Source of the DNA: Eledone cirrhosa | Lineage: Eukaryota | DNA: 64,000 nt | Direction of reading: 5' to 3' | Assembly (NCBI GenBank): GCA_964016885.1 | Contig: OZ024747.1 | Location: 93,682,001 to 93,746,000 of the forward strand | Shown here: positions 38,889 to 51,130 of the stretch, in pieces | Layout of the letters: each line of letters opens with the position of its first letter | How positions within the stretch are numbered: the stretch's first letter is position 1 | Notes under the pieces: generated by a model | Told to the model about the DNA's origin: nothing | Databases searched by the model: none | Seen by the model: the letters and a program-made list of their open reading frames with translations, nothing else | Made by a program: the position numbers and the translations under genes

Positions 38889-39819
38889 TTTATTTATCTT
38901 AAAATACAACCAGCCCGAGCTCCAAGAGTCTTTATTTATACTTCAGTAACATAAAAGACAAACGCAGTTTAGGCAATAAGGACACGAGGTCTCAATGGCG
39001 ACATGTTCAAATAAATAAATAAAAGAATCGATCAGTCAACGCTTAGTATTTGGTCATATTCCACTACTCTGCATTACTAAGGTTATATTAAAACATTCTA
39101 TTCCTAATTAGACATATGGTCACTCGATCTACTAGAAATAGCAGCCAAATCTCCTTCAAGTCACCCTATGCTAAGGAATAATTTGATAATCCACGGTTGG
39201 AATAACTTGATTATCTCTTTGCTGCTATAGTCATGAAAATCAATTTCCTTACGGTGTCTGTTACAATCATCTCACCGTTAAACATTCAGGACGATCGTTC
39301 AAATAACGGTACAGGGGAGATAATCCAAAACGGAAACTGGATTAATTTCTTGTCTTCTCTGTAGGATGTCGGCTGACCACATGAGGATTATTTTTCAATA
39401 TAATCCCCGGAAAGAAACAATGCAGTTAATAAGAAAAATGCATACAAGATTTTACAGCGCTAGCGTCACTCCATCATAGTCAGCCTATGAACTTTTCTGC
39501 TGATCCTAGTTGTCTACGTTGATAAATATTACGTCCTGACGATAATTAAAAAAATGATTTTAATAAGCATTTACCTTGGTAGTAGCTAACTAGTGATTTC
39601 TAAAAAAACGAGTCCAATGATTTTTACTTTAGGCACAAGGTCAGCAATGCTAACTTAGGCGAGATTTTAACTCCGAACGTATGGCTTTCAGTTTAATGCT
39701 ACAACCAATTTTTTAAGGGTATCTAGGAATGCATTCATTATTCAATGTGTCCCTTTCCTTTTTTTTCAGGACGACACGATGTGGTTGATTCGACTGCTGT
39801 TTGTAATGTAGTTAAACGA

Positions 39820-39970
39820 CATGGCAGTATCGGATGCCATGCTTTGCAGAGTTACGGCCCTTTACAGTCAGTTCAAATCCCACCGAGGCTAATTTTACCT
39901 TTTATCCTTACGGGATCGATAAAATAAAGCACCAGGATAATTTCTGGCCTTGTGGCAGAAATAGAAACAT
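39820..39970 (+). mobile_element. Diverged SINE
   Basis: B box and core. Confidence 0.75.
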
Positions 39971-40422
39971 TTAAATAAAGCCGCTACCTATCTCTAAATT
40001 TTGTTCACTTGGGGTAAAGTTATCAGTATCGCATCCCCAAATTTTTGTATCTCCGTCAGTAAGTGTTAGTTTGATCAAAGGAGGTCATTAAATGTACAGA
40101 AAGAATTAGTATAAGGCAAGTCGAAAATTACTAGCTTAGAAACAAGGGTTGACAAAAGAATGTATCAGTCTTTTGTCAAAATTAGAAGAGTGGCCATGGC
40201 CGGATTGATTTACTCGAGACTAGCTCAATTAAAGCTAATTTGAAAACTAAGTGACAAACATTCAAATGACAGCGAACATAATATCCAGTCATGAGATGTA
40301 TTACGCTGTTTAATGACAAAAAGCGAAGATTAGGTGGAAGAAACTGAATTTGAATAACGCAAGCTCATAAAAAAAAACAAAGCACATCAAAACGGTGAGG
40401 TAGCCTACGTGAAAATATGAGT

Positions 40423-40438
40423 GGCCCTGAAAAGCGCC
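40423..40438 (-). terminator. Damaged histone stem-loop of the H4 pseudogene
   Basis: GGCGCT-TTTC-AGGGCC, one G-G mismatch in the stem. Confidence 0.8.
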
Positions 40439-40468
40439 GGTGATATGGTCAAAAGCCAGACTTTTAGC

Positions 40469-40709
40469 TTAACCTCCGAATCCGTACAGAGCGTAGACGA
40501 CATCCATAGCGGTGACTGTTTTCCTCTTGGCATGCTCGGTGTAGGTGACGGCATCACGGATGACGTTCTCAAGGAATACCTTCAATACACCACGAGTCTC
40601 TTCATAGATCAAACCAGAGATACGTTTGACACCACCTCGACGACGGATAGCGGGCTTGGTGATACCCTGGATGTTATCTCTCAACACCTCCTTTACCACG
40701 TCCAGTCAT
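40469..40709 (-). pseudogene. H4: H4 pseudogene
   Basis: ATG at 40709; deletions of 41, 9 and 21 bp relative to the 18432 copy; the 41-bp deletion frameshifts. Confidence 0.93.
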
Positions 40710-40755
40710 TGTCAGTTCTCAAAGTAAAAGTTAATAACTTACAACGATTCTAAAG

Positions 40756-40973
40756 TATATATATATATATTATATAAAATTAACAAAGAAGCCTTTAATG
40801 TAAAAATCTTTATTTGCTGACAATGTTTCGTCCCATTAATTAGGACTCATCATTAACTTTGTTAATTTTATATAATTTTTCGCCTCTGTTTGATAACATT
40901 GAGCTATATCTTATACTGCCATTCCTCTAATACGAAGAGTGTGTTTAACTTTAATGCACTCAAGTATTTTTAT

Positions 40974-41014
<41 letters not shown>
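40756..41014 (-). mobile_element. (TA)n-flanked Penelope-like pseudo-LTR fragment with a truncated hammerhead (40813-40853)
   Basis: aTGATGA-GTCCTA-ATTAA-TGGGAC-GAAACATTGTC; 19-bp inverted repeat 40770-40788/40857-40875. Confidence 0.6.
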
Positions 41015-41630
<616 letters not shown>

Positions 41631-41660
41631 ATGAATAATTAAGCTATTGCTTTATCAAAC

Positions 41661-41676
41661 GGCCCTTTTCAGGGCC
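41661..41676 (+). terminator. Histone 3' stem-loop
   Basis: AAAC-GGCCCTTTTCAGGGCC. Confidence 0.95.
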
Positions 41677-42037
41677 TCTAAGCTTTTCGCAAAGTCTACT
41701 TCGTTGCACAAAAGATTTGTAATTATAAGTTATCTAGCATCTTCATTGTCATTAAGGGACTTTAGTTAGCTATATCTGATTTACAAAATGTTTGACGATA
41801 ATGGTAAATGTAAAGAAAACTTTAAACTACTGCGTGGATTTTAACCCCTTCTACAAAATTAGGGTCTGATTAAACGAATAAATAAACGCTTCGAGATAGT
41901 TTTGTTGATTAATTTCTCAACACCATCAAAGTTAGATATTACATCGGAGATGTAATAAAAATTTCGGAAGTATTCAATGTTTTGGCTATCGCTTCATTTA
42001 ATTTTGCCATACTTCGGAAATGTCTTTAACAGAATCT

Positions 42038-42420
42038 GGCGATATCCAATTTTAGCGGCCTAAATGCCGCTTACTTCAATGTATGAGGCTATTCCAACAA
42101 ATTTACATTCCCCATTTTTTAGCCGTTAAAAGAAATATAGATTTATTTATTTTTTTTTTTTCGATTTATTTGCCCCCTTTTTTTTTTTTTTTTTTTGGTG
42201 ATTTTATTAGCCTTTTGGGGTCACACGCCCCATCTTTTATGGAATTGGCTGGGACTGAGTGCCTTTTTCGGGTGAAAGTAGCAATAATGGCCCGTGTAAG
42301 TGGGCCATCTCACGGCTATAAAAAGGGGAATGTAAATTTGTTGGAATAGCCTCATACATTGAAGTAAGCAGCAACTACAGCAAGTAAGCGGCATTTAGGC
42401 CGCTAAAATTGGATATCGCC
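42038..42420. mobile_element. MITE with long TIRs, Merlin-like
   Basis: TIR GGCGATATCCAATTTTAGC..; 8-bp TSD CAGAATCT (42030-42037, 42421-42428); GGNRM-type end. Confidence 0.8.
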
Positions 42421-42989
42421 CAGAATCTTAATCTGGAGACTTTCTTTAAGGCATAGATGTAACGATTGAAGATTCGTTTCGATAACAAAGGAAAGCAAAA
42501 ATATTTTTACATTATTTATTGTTCGTCTTAATTTTAATTATCACTTACTGTCATCGGAGATCTTTAAGAAATACCTTTAGTATTTTCGGCGCTTTTGTTA
42601 CCTTTCAAATTTTAACTGGTCGAACTACAGTTAACTCCCTTGCTCGACGAATCTGATCTCCAAGCACTATCTTTAACTCTAACTCTTCCGACATCTGTCG
42701 TGAGATACAACTAAAAGAGCGAAGAAAACGGAATGTTCGTATGTAGGAAAATTATTTTCCACTGAAATCGAGAGGGGTGTTCTATAATACCAAGGCAATT
42801 AACTTTTTGATGAAATTTAGTTAATAGAAAGCACAAAATTAAATTTTACTGATTCCTAAATAAATATTACTGAACATAGTTTATATGATCAAAATTGTCT
42901 ACACATTCAATACTCAACATAATTAGACTGACAATTTAATGTTTCCGCTTAAAGTTTACAGCTGACTTAATTCAGAAAAATAACTAACC

Positions 42990-43679
42990 GTCGTAGTGAT
43001 TCCCACCTTAAAAAGACCTTTTCCTTCCACACCGTTTATATATATATACACACATCTACCTTATTTTTGTTGCTCATTAACAGGGAATTGTCATTGCTTT
43101 TGCGGCTAACGTATTTATTTGAAACAACCAATATGCAAGAGACTCATTGGAAATGTTAATACGATGAAGTCAGTATATCAAGAATACCAAAACTTTATTA
43201 CTGTAAAATATAGTGACGCACAGAAAAACAAAATCAATCATCTCTAGTGGGGAGAAAATTCATTGAAAAGATCAAGAAATTTATGCTACAATATACTTCC
43301 TTTCATCCAGGGTGGATTTTAATATGAAAGCCATACAAAAGTCGTAGTGATTCCCACCTTAAAAAGACCTTTTCCTTCCACACCGTTTATATATATATAC
43401 ACACATCTACCTTATTTTTGTTGCTCATTAACAGGGAATTGTCATTGCTTTTGCGGCTAACGTATTTATTTGAAACAACCAATATGCAAGAGACTCATTG
43501 GAAATGTTAATACGATGAAGTCAGTATATCAAGAATACCAAAACTTTATTAGTGACGCACAGAAAAACAAAATCAATCATCTCTAGTGGGGAGAAAATTC
43601 ATTGAAAAGATCAAGAAATTTATGCTACAATATACTTCCTTTCATCCAGGGTGGATTTTAATATGAAAGCCATACAAAA
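42990..43679. repeat. Near-perfect tandem duplication (351 + 339 bp)
   Basis: GTCGTAGTGATTCCCACC starts at 42990 and 43341; second unit lacks 12 bp. Confidence 0.95.
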
Positions 43680-44575
43680 GTTGAGAAGCTAGTAAGTCAA
43701 CTGAATTTTGTAGAACCCGATCATAACTGGTTACCGCAAATCACGTTAAGTCTGCAAAAACCAAATATGTAATGTGCGTGACTGTTTACAAGCATATTGA
43801 TTATTAAAAAAAGGCTTTGAAATGAACACATATCAACGATATCCATTTGTTATTTTAAATAAATGAACATTGATATAAAGTAGAGAGTAAGTTACTTTCT
43901 ATGCTCACCAAAGTTGTTCCCCTTGACTTTAATGACTTTTTTGTTCCAGTTAGAAATGTCGGAAGAGACAAGAATACCTTGCAGTCGGACCGGCCTGTTT
44001 TGAAATACCGCCGACTTTTGACGCAATAAAAAATGTCACAAATGGAGGTAAATTTAATGGAACATACCATTCCCAATAAGTGGCTACTTTCCACTGAAAA
44101 TAGTTGTTGCTATGAATTAAAATACCATTACATCTCGGGTCTCGAATGACCCCCCCCCCTCCTTATTAATATTTCAGATTCTTTCCACCACCACATTAAA
44201 TTTTTCTAATCTTTATCTCCTACGAAATTTGAAATTAAGTGTTAACATTCCTGCGACAATTTTATCTATACATTGAAAAAAAAAAAATACGATGGGTTGG
44301 AGTCTCTGTAAACTAAACAACTAATTTATTTTTAAATAAACTGAGACAACCTAGAAAAATCACCGATTTTTATAACCCCCACCCAATTATTTGCTGCCAG
44401 AGAATAGATCCTTTTTCAGAAGTTGCAAATTTACTATCTAAATCGTTATAAGAAAATGAGGGAATACTTTTACCGTCTTGTCCGCGGGACGCAGCATTTC
44501 TCCCCCCTTGCCCGGGGCCCAAAGACGAACGACCCTCCCCTTCCCGCTTTTTTATTATTGTCATTATCATTTCAT

Positions 44576-44761
44576 GTGGATTGGCAGTATCGGTGGAGGG
44601 TCGGGCGCCATGCTTTCCAGCAGAGTTACGTCCCTTTACGGTCTGAGTTCAAATCCCGCCGAGGTTAACTTTGCCTTTCATCCTTACGGGGTCGATAAAA
44701 TAAAGTACCAGTAATGTACTGTTTACTTGATGGCCTTGTACCAAAAGTGGAAACAATTATT
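44576..44761 (+). mobile_element. Full-length SINE
   Basis: Consensus match. Confidence 0.9.
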
Positions 44762-44784
44762 TCATCGGCTGTCAGAAGTGAAAG

Positions 44785-45722
44785 TAGAAGAATGTGACGA
44801 CAATCTGACATCATTCGTCAAACCTTCGTTTATTTCCGTATCACCACCACCACCATGTGTAAATAAATAAACTTTGAAATCACCAGGTTGGTTTTTCACT
44901 TTGGGATAATACACGTATTTGCAACTTGAAAAATATGAATTCTACATTAAACCCCAGCGTAAATGGAATTAATCATCGCGATATTTCCATCGCTACCGCC
45001 ACTACAGCAGATACCATTAATTGGTTGGAAAAACATGGACTTAATCCTTTGTGTTATTAAAAAGGTTCCAGAGTAGTACAGTAAATTAAAGCCTTTATGA
45101 ACGGAACTATGCAATGAAAGTATTTTTAATAAGTGTATCTCTTAGAAATTCATAAATGGCTGTGTAAACCCTTACACTTTAAAACAAAATTACAAACCAA
45201 TTATGTGGTCATTGAAATTGCTAGAAATAGCAGGCAAATCTTATACCCTCTACCACATTAAAAAAAAGAAAGAACGAAAACGGGAGTAACTCGTTAATAT
45301 TTATTGAAATATTCGAAGCGTTACTGCTTCGGACGTGATAAAAAGGAAATTATAGAGAATTCTAAATATTTCGAAAGCACAAGCAATTGTCAAGGACTTT
45401 ATATACTAATTCCTTTCTTTCTGTGTTCGTGGCAGCTGAGTATCAACCATCCATAAATAATTTTTACCCGCTAAGAATCTCAATGGGGAAAATTTTCTTC
45501 AATTTCTGCCAGTATTACAAAACAAGGTTATCTTGTAGTTACCCCCGTTAAATTGTTTTTTTTTTAAAGAAAGTCTGCCCCCATGAACTTCATTTGTTTT
45601 CTAATTTGATAACTATGATTATGCATCAACGTGGTGATTTCGAAGTTTATTTATTTACACATGGTGGTGGTGGCGATACGGAAATAAACGAAGGTTTGAC
45701 GAATGACGTCACATTCTTCTAC
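44785..45722. repeat. ~100 bp inverted repeat pair with ~745 bp spacer
   Basis: GTAGAAGAATGTGAC..GAAATCACCA (44785-44885) vs TGGTGATTTC..GTCACATTCTTCTAC (45632-45722). Confidence 0.85.
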
Positions 45723-45746
45723 TTAACCTTCTGTTGTAGTGCCACA

Positions 45747-46075
45747 GCACTACCATGCTATTAGCTGTCAGAAGTGAAAGTTTCGTCAACCTTCTCAATC
45801 GCAAACATCGTTTATTTCCGTATTACCACGCGTTATTTTAATAAAGCATATCGATTTAACTGGAATTACTTAAATGAAAATATAGGTGGCCCTTAAGTTA
45901 AACTCCAGTTGGTGAAAATGACTTGTTTTCTAATTTGGCCCTTTTAAGGGCCACCTATATTTTCATTTAAGTAACTCCACTTACATCGATATGCTTTATT
46001 AAAATAACGTGGTAATACGGAAATAAACGATGTTTACGAAACTTTCACTACTGACAGCTAATAGCATGGTAGTGC
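45747..46075. repeat. ~330 bp quasi-palindrome containing an orphan histone stem-loop (45937-45952)
   Basis: Arms 45747-45896 / 45944-46075; GGCCCTTTTAAGGGCC-ACCTA with no histone CDS upstream. Confidence 0.88.
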
Positions 46076-46091
46076 CGAAACAATTTCAAAT

Positions 46092-46249
46092 CCGGTGGAT
46101 TGGCAGAGGGTCGGACACAATGCTTTGACGCATAGTTGCAGCCCTTGACATTCGGTTAACTTTGCCTTTCATCCTTACAGGGTCGATAAAATGAAGTAGC
46201 AGTAATGCATTGCGATAGTTGCTGGCCTTGTGCCAAAAGTAGAAACAAT
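46092..46249 (+). mobile_element. Internally deleted SINE
   Basis: 5' and 3' consensus ends present. Confidence 0.8.
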
Positions 46250-46689
46250 CAGTTACTGTAAATTAAATTAGTATTTTAAAGGAAATTATATGTAACCAGT
46301 TTTATTGCAGGTGCCCGGACCATGCCTCTCAATAAAATTGTAGTTTAGATACATCTGGAATAGGCAGGATAAGATCAAGGAAACAAGCAAGACCAGTACA
46401 GGGTACGATCAAAATGACGAGATCTTAATATATACACTTATTAATGATTTTCAGTGGGTGGGAAGAATAGTCTGAAAAGGGCTATTTAAAAATAACCAAG
46501 GATTAATAGTTGAAAAGTGGTAGGCTCACCATCTCATACGACGGAAGGAATTGGTATCTCTAGAAGGGTTGTATTCCTGACTGATACCCATGTCTTAAAT
46601 GCATTCATAGCTAACTAATACAATCTTGTGAAAAATATACCGCAAATCAATAAAAAAAAGTCGGAAGTCACTATCATGAGAATATGGAT

Positions 46690-46705
46690 GGCCCTTAAAA
46701 GGACC
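46690..46705 (-). terminator. Histone 3' stem-loop
   Basis: GGTCCT-TTTA-AGGGCC (one G-U pair). Confidence 0.9.
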
Positions 46706-46731
46706 GTTGTTTTGAAGCAGTAGTAATTGAT

Positions 46732-47109
46732 TTACTTGCTGCTGGTGTACTTGGTGACAGCCTTGGTACCCTCAGAGACGGCGTGCTTAGCTAACTCACC
46801 AGGGAGGAGAAGACGGACAGCAGTCTGTACTTCACGGCTACTGATGGTAGATCGTTTGTTGTAGTGAGCCAAACGGCTAGCTTCCGAAGCAATTCTTTCG
46901 AAAAGATCGTTGACAAAACTGTTCATGATAGACATAGCTTTGCTGGAGATACCAGTGTCGGGATGGACTTGTTTCATCACTTTGTAGATGTAGATGGAAT
47001 AACTTTCCTTCCTCTTCTTCTTGCGTTTCTTGTCACCGGCGGGACGTGGTGGCTTACTCTTGGAGGCCTTCTTGGCTCCTTTCGAAGCGGTTGCTGGTGC
47101 GGGAGGCAT
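46732..47109 (-). CDS. H2B: Histone H2B
   Basis: 125 aa from [10 protein letters not shown]; the ORF track's longer start is not ATG. Confidence 0.97.
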   Translation of the reverse strand: MPPAPATASKGAKKASKSKPPRPAGDKKRKKKRKESYSIYIYKVMKQVHPDTGISSKAMSIMNSFVNDLFERIASEASRLAHYNKRSTISSREVQTAVRLLLPGELAKHAVSEGTKAVTKYTSSK

Positions 47110-47269
47110 GATTGCAATGATATACAGTTCACTTGCTACTCTATTTATAGCTGACAAGTAGGCTCACCAGTGAAGCTGCTTGCTGAAATTGAAATTCAGC
47201 GCCATTCATTTTCATTGGATGAATTTGACATGAAAATAAATCACGTGACAATAGCCCGCTTATTTTTCA

Positions 47270-47512
47270 TCTCCCTCTTTGTCACACACACATACACACT
47301 CTCTAAACAAATGAGATTTCTTTTCTCTCTCTATTTATTTACATCTCTTTCGCTTGGCGCTCCCCCTCCGTCTATATAGATGAAGGCGTCTTTGTTTCAC
47401 CTCGAAAACACAGCTTTCCCTTTTCTTTCTCCATGTACATATCTTTCTCTTGACGCTCCTCCTCTCTAGAGAAAGTGAGCGTGACGGATAGGCAGACAGG
47501 GCTCTTATTAGA
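47270..47512 (-). mobile_element. Helitron-like insertion in the bidirectional promoter
   Basis: Absent from the sister promoter (TTTTCATTAGCAAT at ~49803); no TSD; minus strand begins TCTAATAAGAGCCCTGTCTGCCTATCCGTCACGC. Confidence 0.55.
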
Positions 47513-47614
47513 TTAGCAATCTGCCTGCTGGATCCTACTAGATCCTATTTAAAGGCAAAAATCTCTAAATGGAAATTATTCTATTTTTTAACGCAGCTAC
47601 AAACAATTTGAATA

Positions 47615-47992
47615 ATGTCAGGACGTGGTAAAGGAGGTAAAGTAAAGGGAAAGAGCAAGACTCGTTCATCTCGTGCCGGACTTCAATTCCCCGTCGGCCG
47701 TATCCACCGTCTTCTCCGTAAAGGAAACTATGCCCAACGTATTGGTGCCGGTGCTCCAGTCTACTTGGCCGCTGTAATGGAATATTTGGCTGCTGAAGTG
47801 TTGGAATTGGCAGGAAATGCTGCCAGAGACAACAAGAAATCCAGAATTATTCCCCGTCATTTGCAATTGGCCATCCGTAATGACGAAGAGTTGAACAAAC
47901 TTTTGTCCGGAGTGACCATCGCCCAGGGCGGTGTTCTTCCCAACATCCAGGCTGTACTTCTCCCCAAGAAGACCCAGAAAGCCGCCAAGTAA
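47615..47992 (+). CDS. H2A: Histone H2A
   Basis: Complete 125 aa canonical H2A. Confidence 0.98.
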   Translation: MSGRGKGGKVKGKSKTRSSRAGLQFPVGRIHRLLRKGNYAQRIGAGAPVYLAAVMEYLAAEVLELAGNAARDNKKSRIIPRHLQLAIRNDEELNKLLSGVTIAQGGVLPNIQAVLLPKKTQKAAK

Positions 47993-48021
47993 ATACACTG
48001 ACGCAATCTTTCTCTACCAAC

Positions 48022-48037
48022 GGCCCTTTTTAGGGCC
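48022..48037 (+). terminator. Histone 3' stem-loop
   Basis: GGCCCTTTTTAGGGCC. Confidence 0.95.
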
Positions 48038-48475
48038 CCTAAATTTTAATGTAGTCACTTGCTAACTATTTATTTGCGGTTTTTCACTCATTTACAAAAT
48101 GTTTTACAATTATATTTATTGTACATGGTTTTGTGAGAAGGCTGGTATATTGCTTTATTTCAGGTTTTGCGTAATGTTTTTGTTTTTACGGCGTTTATTT
48201 TATCTTTTTCCTATCGATCTTTCAGTTTTTCTTTATTTTGATGTTGTGTACTTCTGAGTTGCTAGATTACGTTCTCGAATAGGCTACTTTGCTTGTCCTG
48301 GTAAATATAAAGTGTTTGTTTAGGTTAGAGTTTAAATCGTCTTAATTGGAGGTAACAATCTGTTTTACCTGGCGAAGATTCGAAACCGAATCTGAAAGTT
48401 TTCGCCTTTAAAACCACCTATTGTTAGGATAACAGGTGAAAATGAATAAACTTTTAAAACTTTACCCACCTTCAT

Positions 48476-48594
48476 AATGGTTTCTGATTTAGGCACAAGG
48501 CCAACAATTTTGGGAAGGGGAAAGTCAATTAAATCGACCCTAGTGCATTTACTGGTGCCTCATTTTATCAACCCCGTAAGAATGAAAGGCAAAG
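48476..48594 (-). mobile_element. 5'-truncated SINE
   Basis: 3' half of the older subfamily. Confidence 0.75.
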
Positions 48595-49228
48595 TGCACA
48601 TAATGCATGGTGCTTCACACTCTTACCGACAAAATAGCCACTTCCTCTTTTCACTAAAACATTTTAATTGACCAGCAGTATGTAACGTCGTTTCAGCCAG
48701 GTTCTGAACAGGAAATGATTTGACTTTGTCTACATACAAAGTAGTTGTGAAAATTTAAAATTTTAAGATAAAAACGAGGAAAATATGATTACGGTGATTT
48801 CATATTGAATAAACGAGCCGATGACATGTCTAGGTGTAGGGTTAGTGAAAATTCCATGCAACTAAAATTAATTCCAGACGGATTTAAGGTCAGGTCCGTT
48901 CAAACTCCTTTTCCTGAAAAAGAATTTACGACAGGTTGAGATCAGAATCGTGGAGAAGACGATAAATATACGAGGAAAAAAATACTGGAACCAGACGGAT
49001 ATCATAAATACATTCGAGTATTGTAACCAACAAAAATGGTGTTCAGAGTAATGGAAAAAGGGTCGGTCAGTTATCAAGCACTACCTTCCAGTGGATCCTA
49101 TTAGAAGCAACTGCATCCAATTAATCTGGCTGGATCCGTTGTTTGTTGTCTAAATCAGACACTAAAGAACCGCGTCAAAATTGCATATCTATAAAAACAT
49201 CGGAAGTCACTATCATGAGAATATGGGT

Positions 49229-49244
49229 GGCCCTTAAAAGGACC
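49229..49244 (-). terminator. Histone 3' stem-loop
   Basis: GGTCCTTTTAAGGGCC-ACCCA. Confidence 0.92.
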
Positions 49245-49270
49245 GTTGTTTTGAAGCAATAGTAATTGAT

Positions 49271-49648
49271 TTACTTGCTGCTGGTGTACTTGGTGACAGC
49301 CTTGGTACCCTCAGAGACGGCGTGCTTAGCTAACTCACCAGGGAGGAGAAGACGGACAGCAGTCTGTACTTCACGGCTACTGATGGTAGATCGTTTGTTG
49401 TAGTGAGCCAAACGGCTAGCTTCCGAAGCAATTCTTTCGAAAAGATCGTTGACAAAACTGTTCATGATAGACATAGCTTTGCTGGAGATACCAGTGTCGG
49501 GATGGACTTGTTTCATCACTTTGTAGATGTAGATGGAATAACTTTCCTTCCTCTTCTTCTTGCGTTTCTTGTCACCGGCGGGACGTTGTGGCTTATTCTT
49601 GGAGGCCTTCTTAGCTCCTTTCGAAGCGGTTGCTGGTGCGGGAGGCAT
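49271..49648 (-). CDS. H2B: Histone H2B
   Basis: 125 aa; NKPQR instead of SKPPR. Confidence 0.97.
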   Translation of the reverse strand: MPPAPATASKGAKKASKNKPQRPAGDKKRKKKRKESYSIYIYKVMKQVHPDTGISSKAMSIMNSFVNDLFERIASEASRLAHYNKRSTISSREVQTAVRLLLPGELAKHAVSEGTKAVTKYTSSK

Positions 49649-49903
49649 GATTGCAATGATATACAGCTCACTTGCTACTCTATTTATAGCTGACAAGTAG
49701 GCTAACCAGTGAAGCTGCTTGCTGAAATTGAAATTCAGCGCCATTCATTTTCATTGGACGAATTTGATATGAAAATAAACCACGTGACAATAGCCCGCTT
49801 ATTTTTCATTAGCAATCTGCCTACCGAATCCTGCTATTTAAAGGCAAAAATCTCTAAATTGAAATTATTCTATTTTTTAACGCAGCTACAAACAATTTGA
49901 ATA
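49649..49903. promoter_or_regulatory. 255-bp bidirectional H2B/H2A promoter
   Basis: TATAAATA (minus), ATTGG, CACGTG, TATTTAAA. Confidence 0.75.
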
Positions 49904-50281
49904 ATGTCAGGACGTGGTAAAGGAGGTAAAGTAAAGGGAAAGAGCAAGACTCGTTCATCTCGTGCCGGACTTCAATTCCCCGTCGGCCGTATCCACCGTC
50001 TTCTCCGTAAAGGAAACTATGCCCAACGTATTGGTGCCGGTGCTCCAGTCTACTTGGCCGCTGTAATGGAATATTTGGCTGCTGAAGTGTTGGAATTGGC
50101 AGGAAATGCTGCCAGAGACAACAAGAAATCCAGAATTATTCCCCGTCATTTGCAATTGGCCATCCGTAATGACGAAGAGTTGAACAAACTTTTGTCCGGA
50201 GTGACCATCGCCCAGGGTGGTGTTCTTCCCAACATCCAGGCTGTACTTCTCCCCAAGAAGACCCAGAAAGCCGCCAAGTAA
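49904..50281 (+). CDS. H2A: Histone H2A
   Basis: Protein identical to the 47615 copy. Confidence 0.98.
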   Translation: MSGRGKGGKVKGKSKTRSSRAGLQFPVGRIHRLLRKGNYAQRIGAGAPVYLAAVMEYLAAEVLELAGNAARDNKKSRIIPRHLQLAIRNDEELNKLLSGVTIAQGGVLPNIQAVLLPKKTQKAAK

Positions 50282-50310
50282 ATACACTGACGCAATCTTT
50301 CCCTACCAAC

Positions 50311-50326
50311 GGCCCTTTTTAGGGCC
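50311..50326 (+). terminator. Histone 3' stem-loop
   Basis: GGCCCTTTTTAGGGCC. Confidence 0.95.
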
Positions 50327-50681
50327 CCTAAATTTTATATGTAGTCACTTGCTAACTATTTATTTGCGATTTGTCATTTTTAAAACGTATTGTGCAATAC
50401 TAATTTATCTCAAGATTAGGTTGGTATTATAATTTTTTTAAATATTTCTTTTCAAGATTACTGGTAATATTTGTAACATCAGTGAACTTGTGAAAGATAA
50501 GATGAAGTAAATGTCACTTGATTGTTTATATTTGATATAGAAAGTAAAGGTGATTAAATCTGATTTAATATCAAAACAAAATTATATTCTAATAAGGCAT
50601 ACGTCAAGACGGGCGGTCTCAAAAGTGAAACTAATTTTACGATTGTGAATTTTTTTTTTTTTTTTTTTTACAACAGGTCTT

Positions 50682-51130
50682 GGCGATATCCAATTTTAGC
50701 TGTCTAAATGCCGCTTACTTCAATGTATGAGGCTATCCCAACATTTAAATTCCCCCTTTTTTAGCCGTTAAAAGAAATATAGATTTATTTTTATTTTTTG
50801 CGATTTATTAGCCTTTTGGGGTCACACCCCCGTAGAAAGTGCGACCTTTCTGCCAGGGAGTACAGAGAGAGGGGGTGCTCCCTTCTCTTACCTGTACAAG
50901 CCGATATAGAGAGATGGCCCACTTACACGGGCCATTATTGCTACTTTCACCCGAAAAAGGCACTCAGTCCCAGCCAATTCCATGAAAGATGGGTAAAAGT
51001 AGCAATAATGGCCCGTGTAAATAAATCTATATTTCTTTTAACGGCTAAAAAAAAGGGGAATGTAAATTTGTTGGAATAGCCTCATACATTGAAGTAAGCG
51101 GCATTTAGACAGCTAAAATTGGATATCGCC
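50682..51130. mobile_element. Second Merlin-like MITE
   Basis: Same TIR as the 42038 copy; no clean TSD. Confidence 0.8.

Noticed and set aside
47110-47157. Apparent N-terminal extensions of H2B (also 49649-49744) and H3 (41178-41219)
   Set aside because: Start at non-ATG codons and run through TATA or 5'UTR sequence; canonical ATG lies downstream
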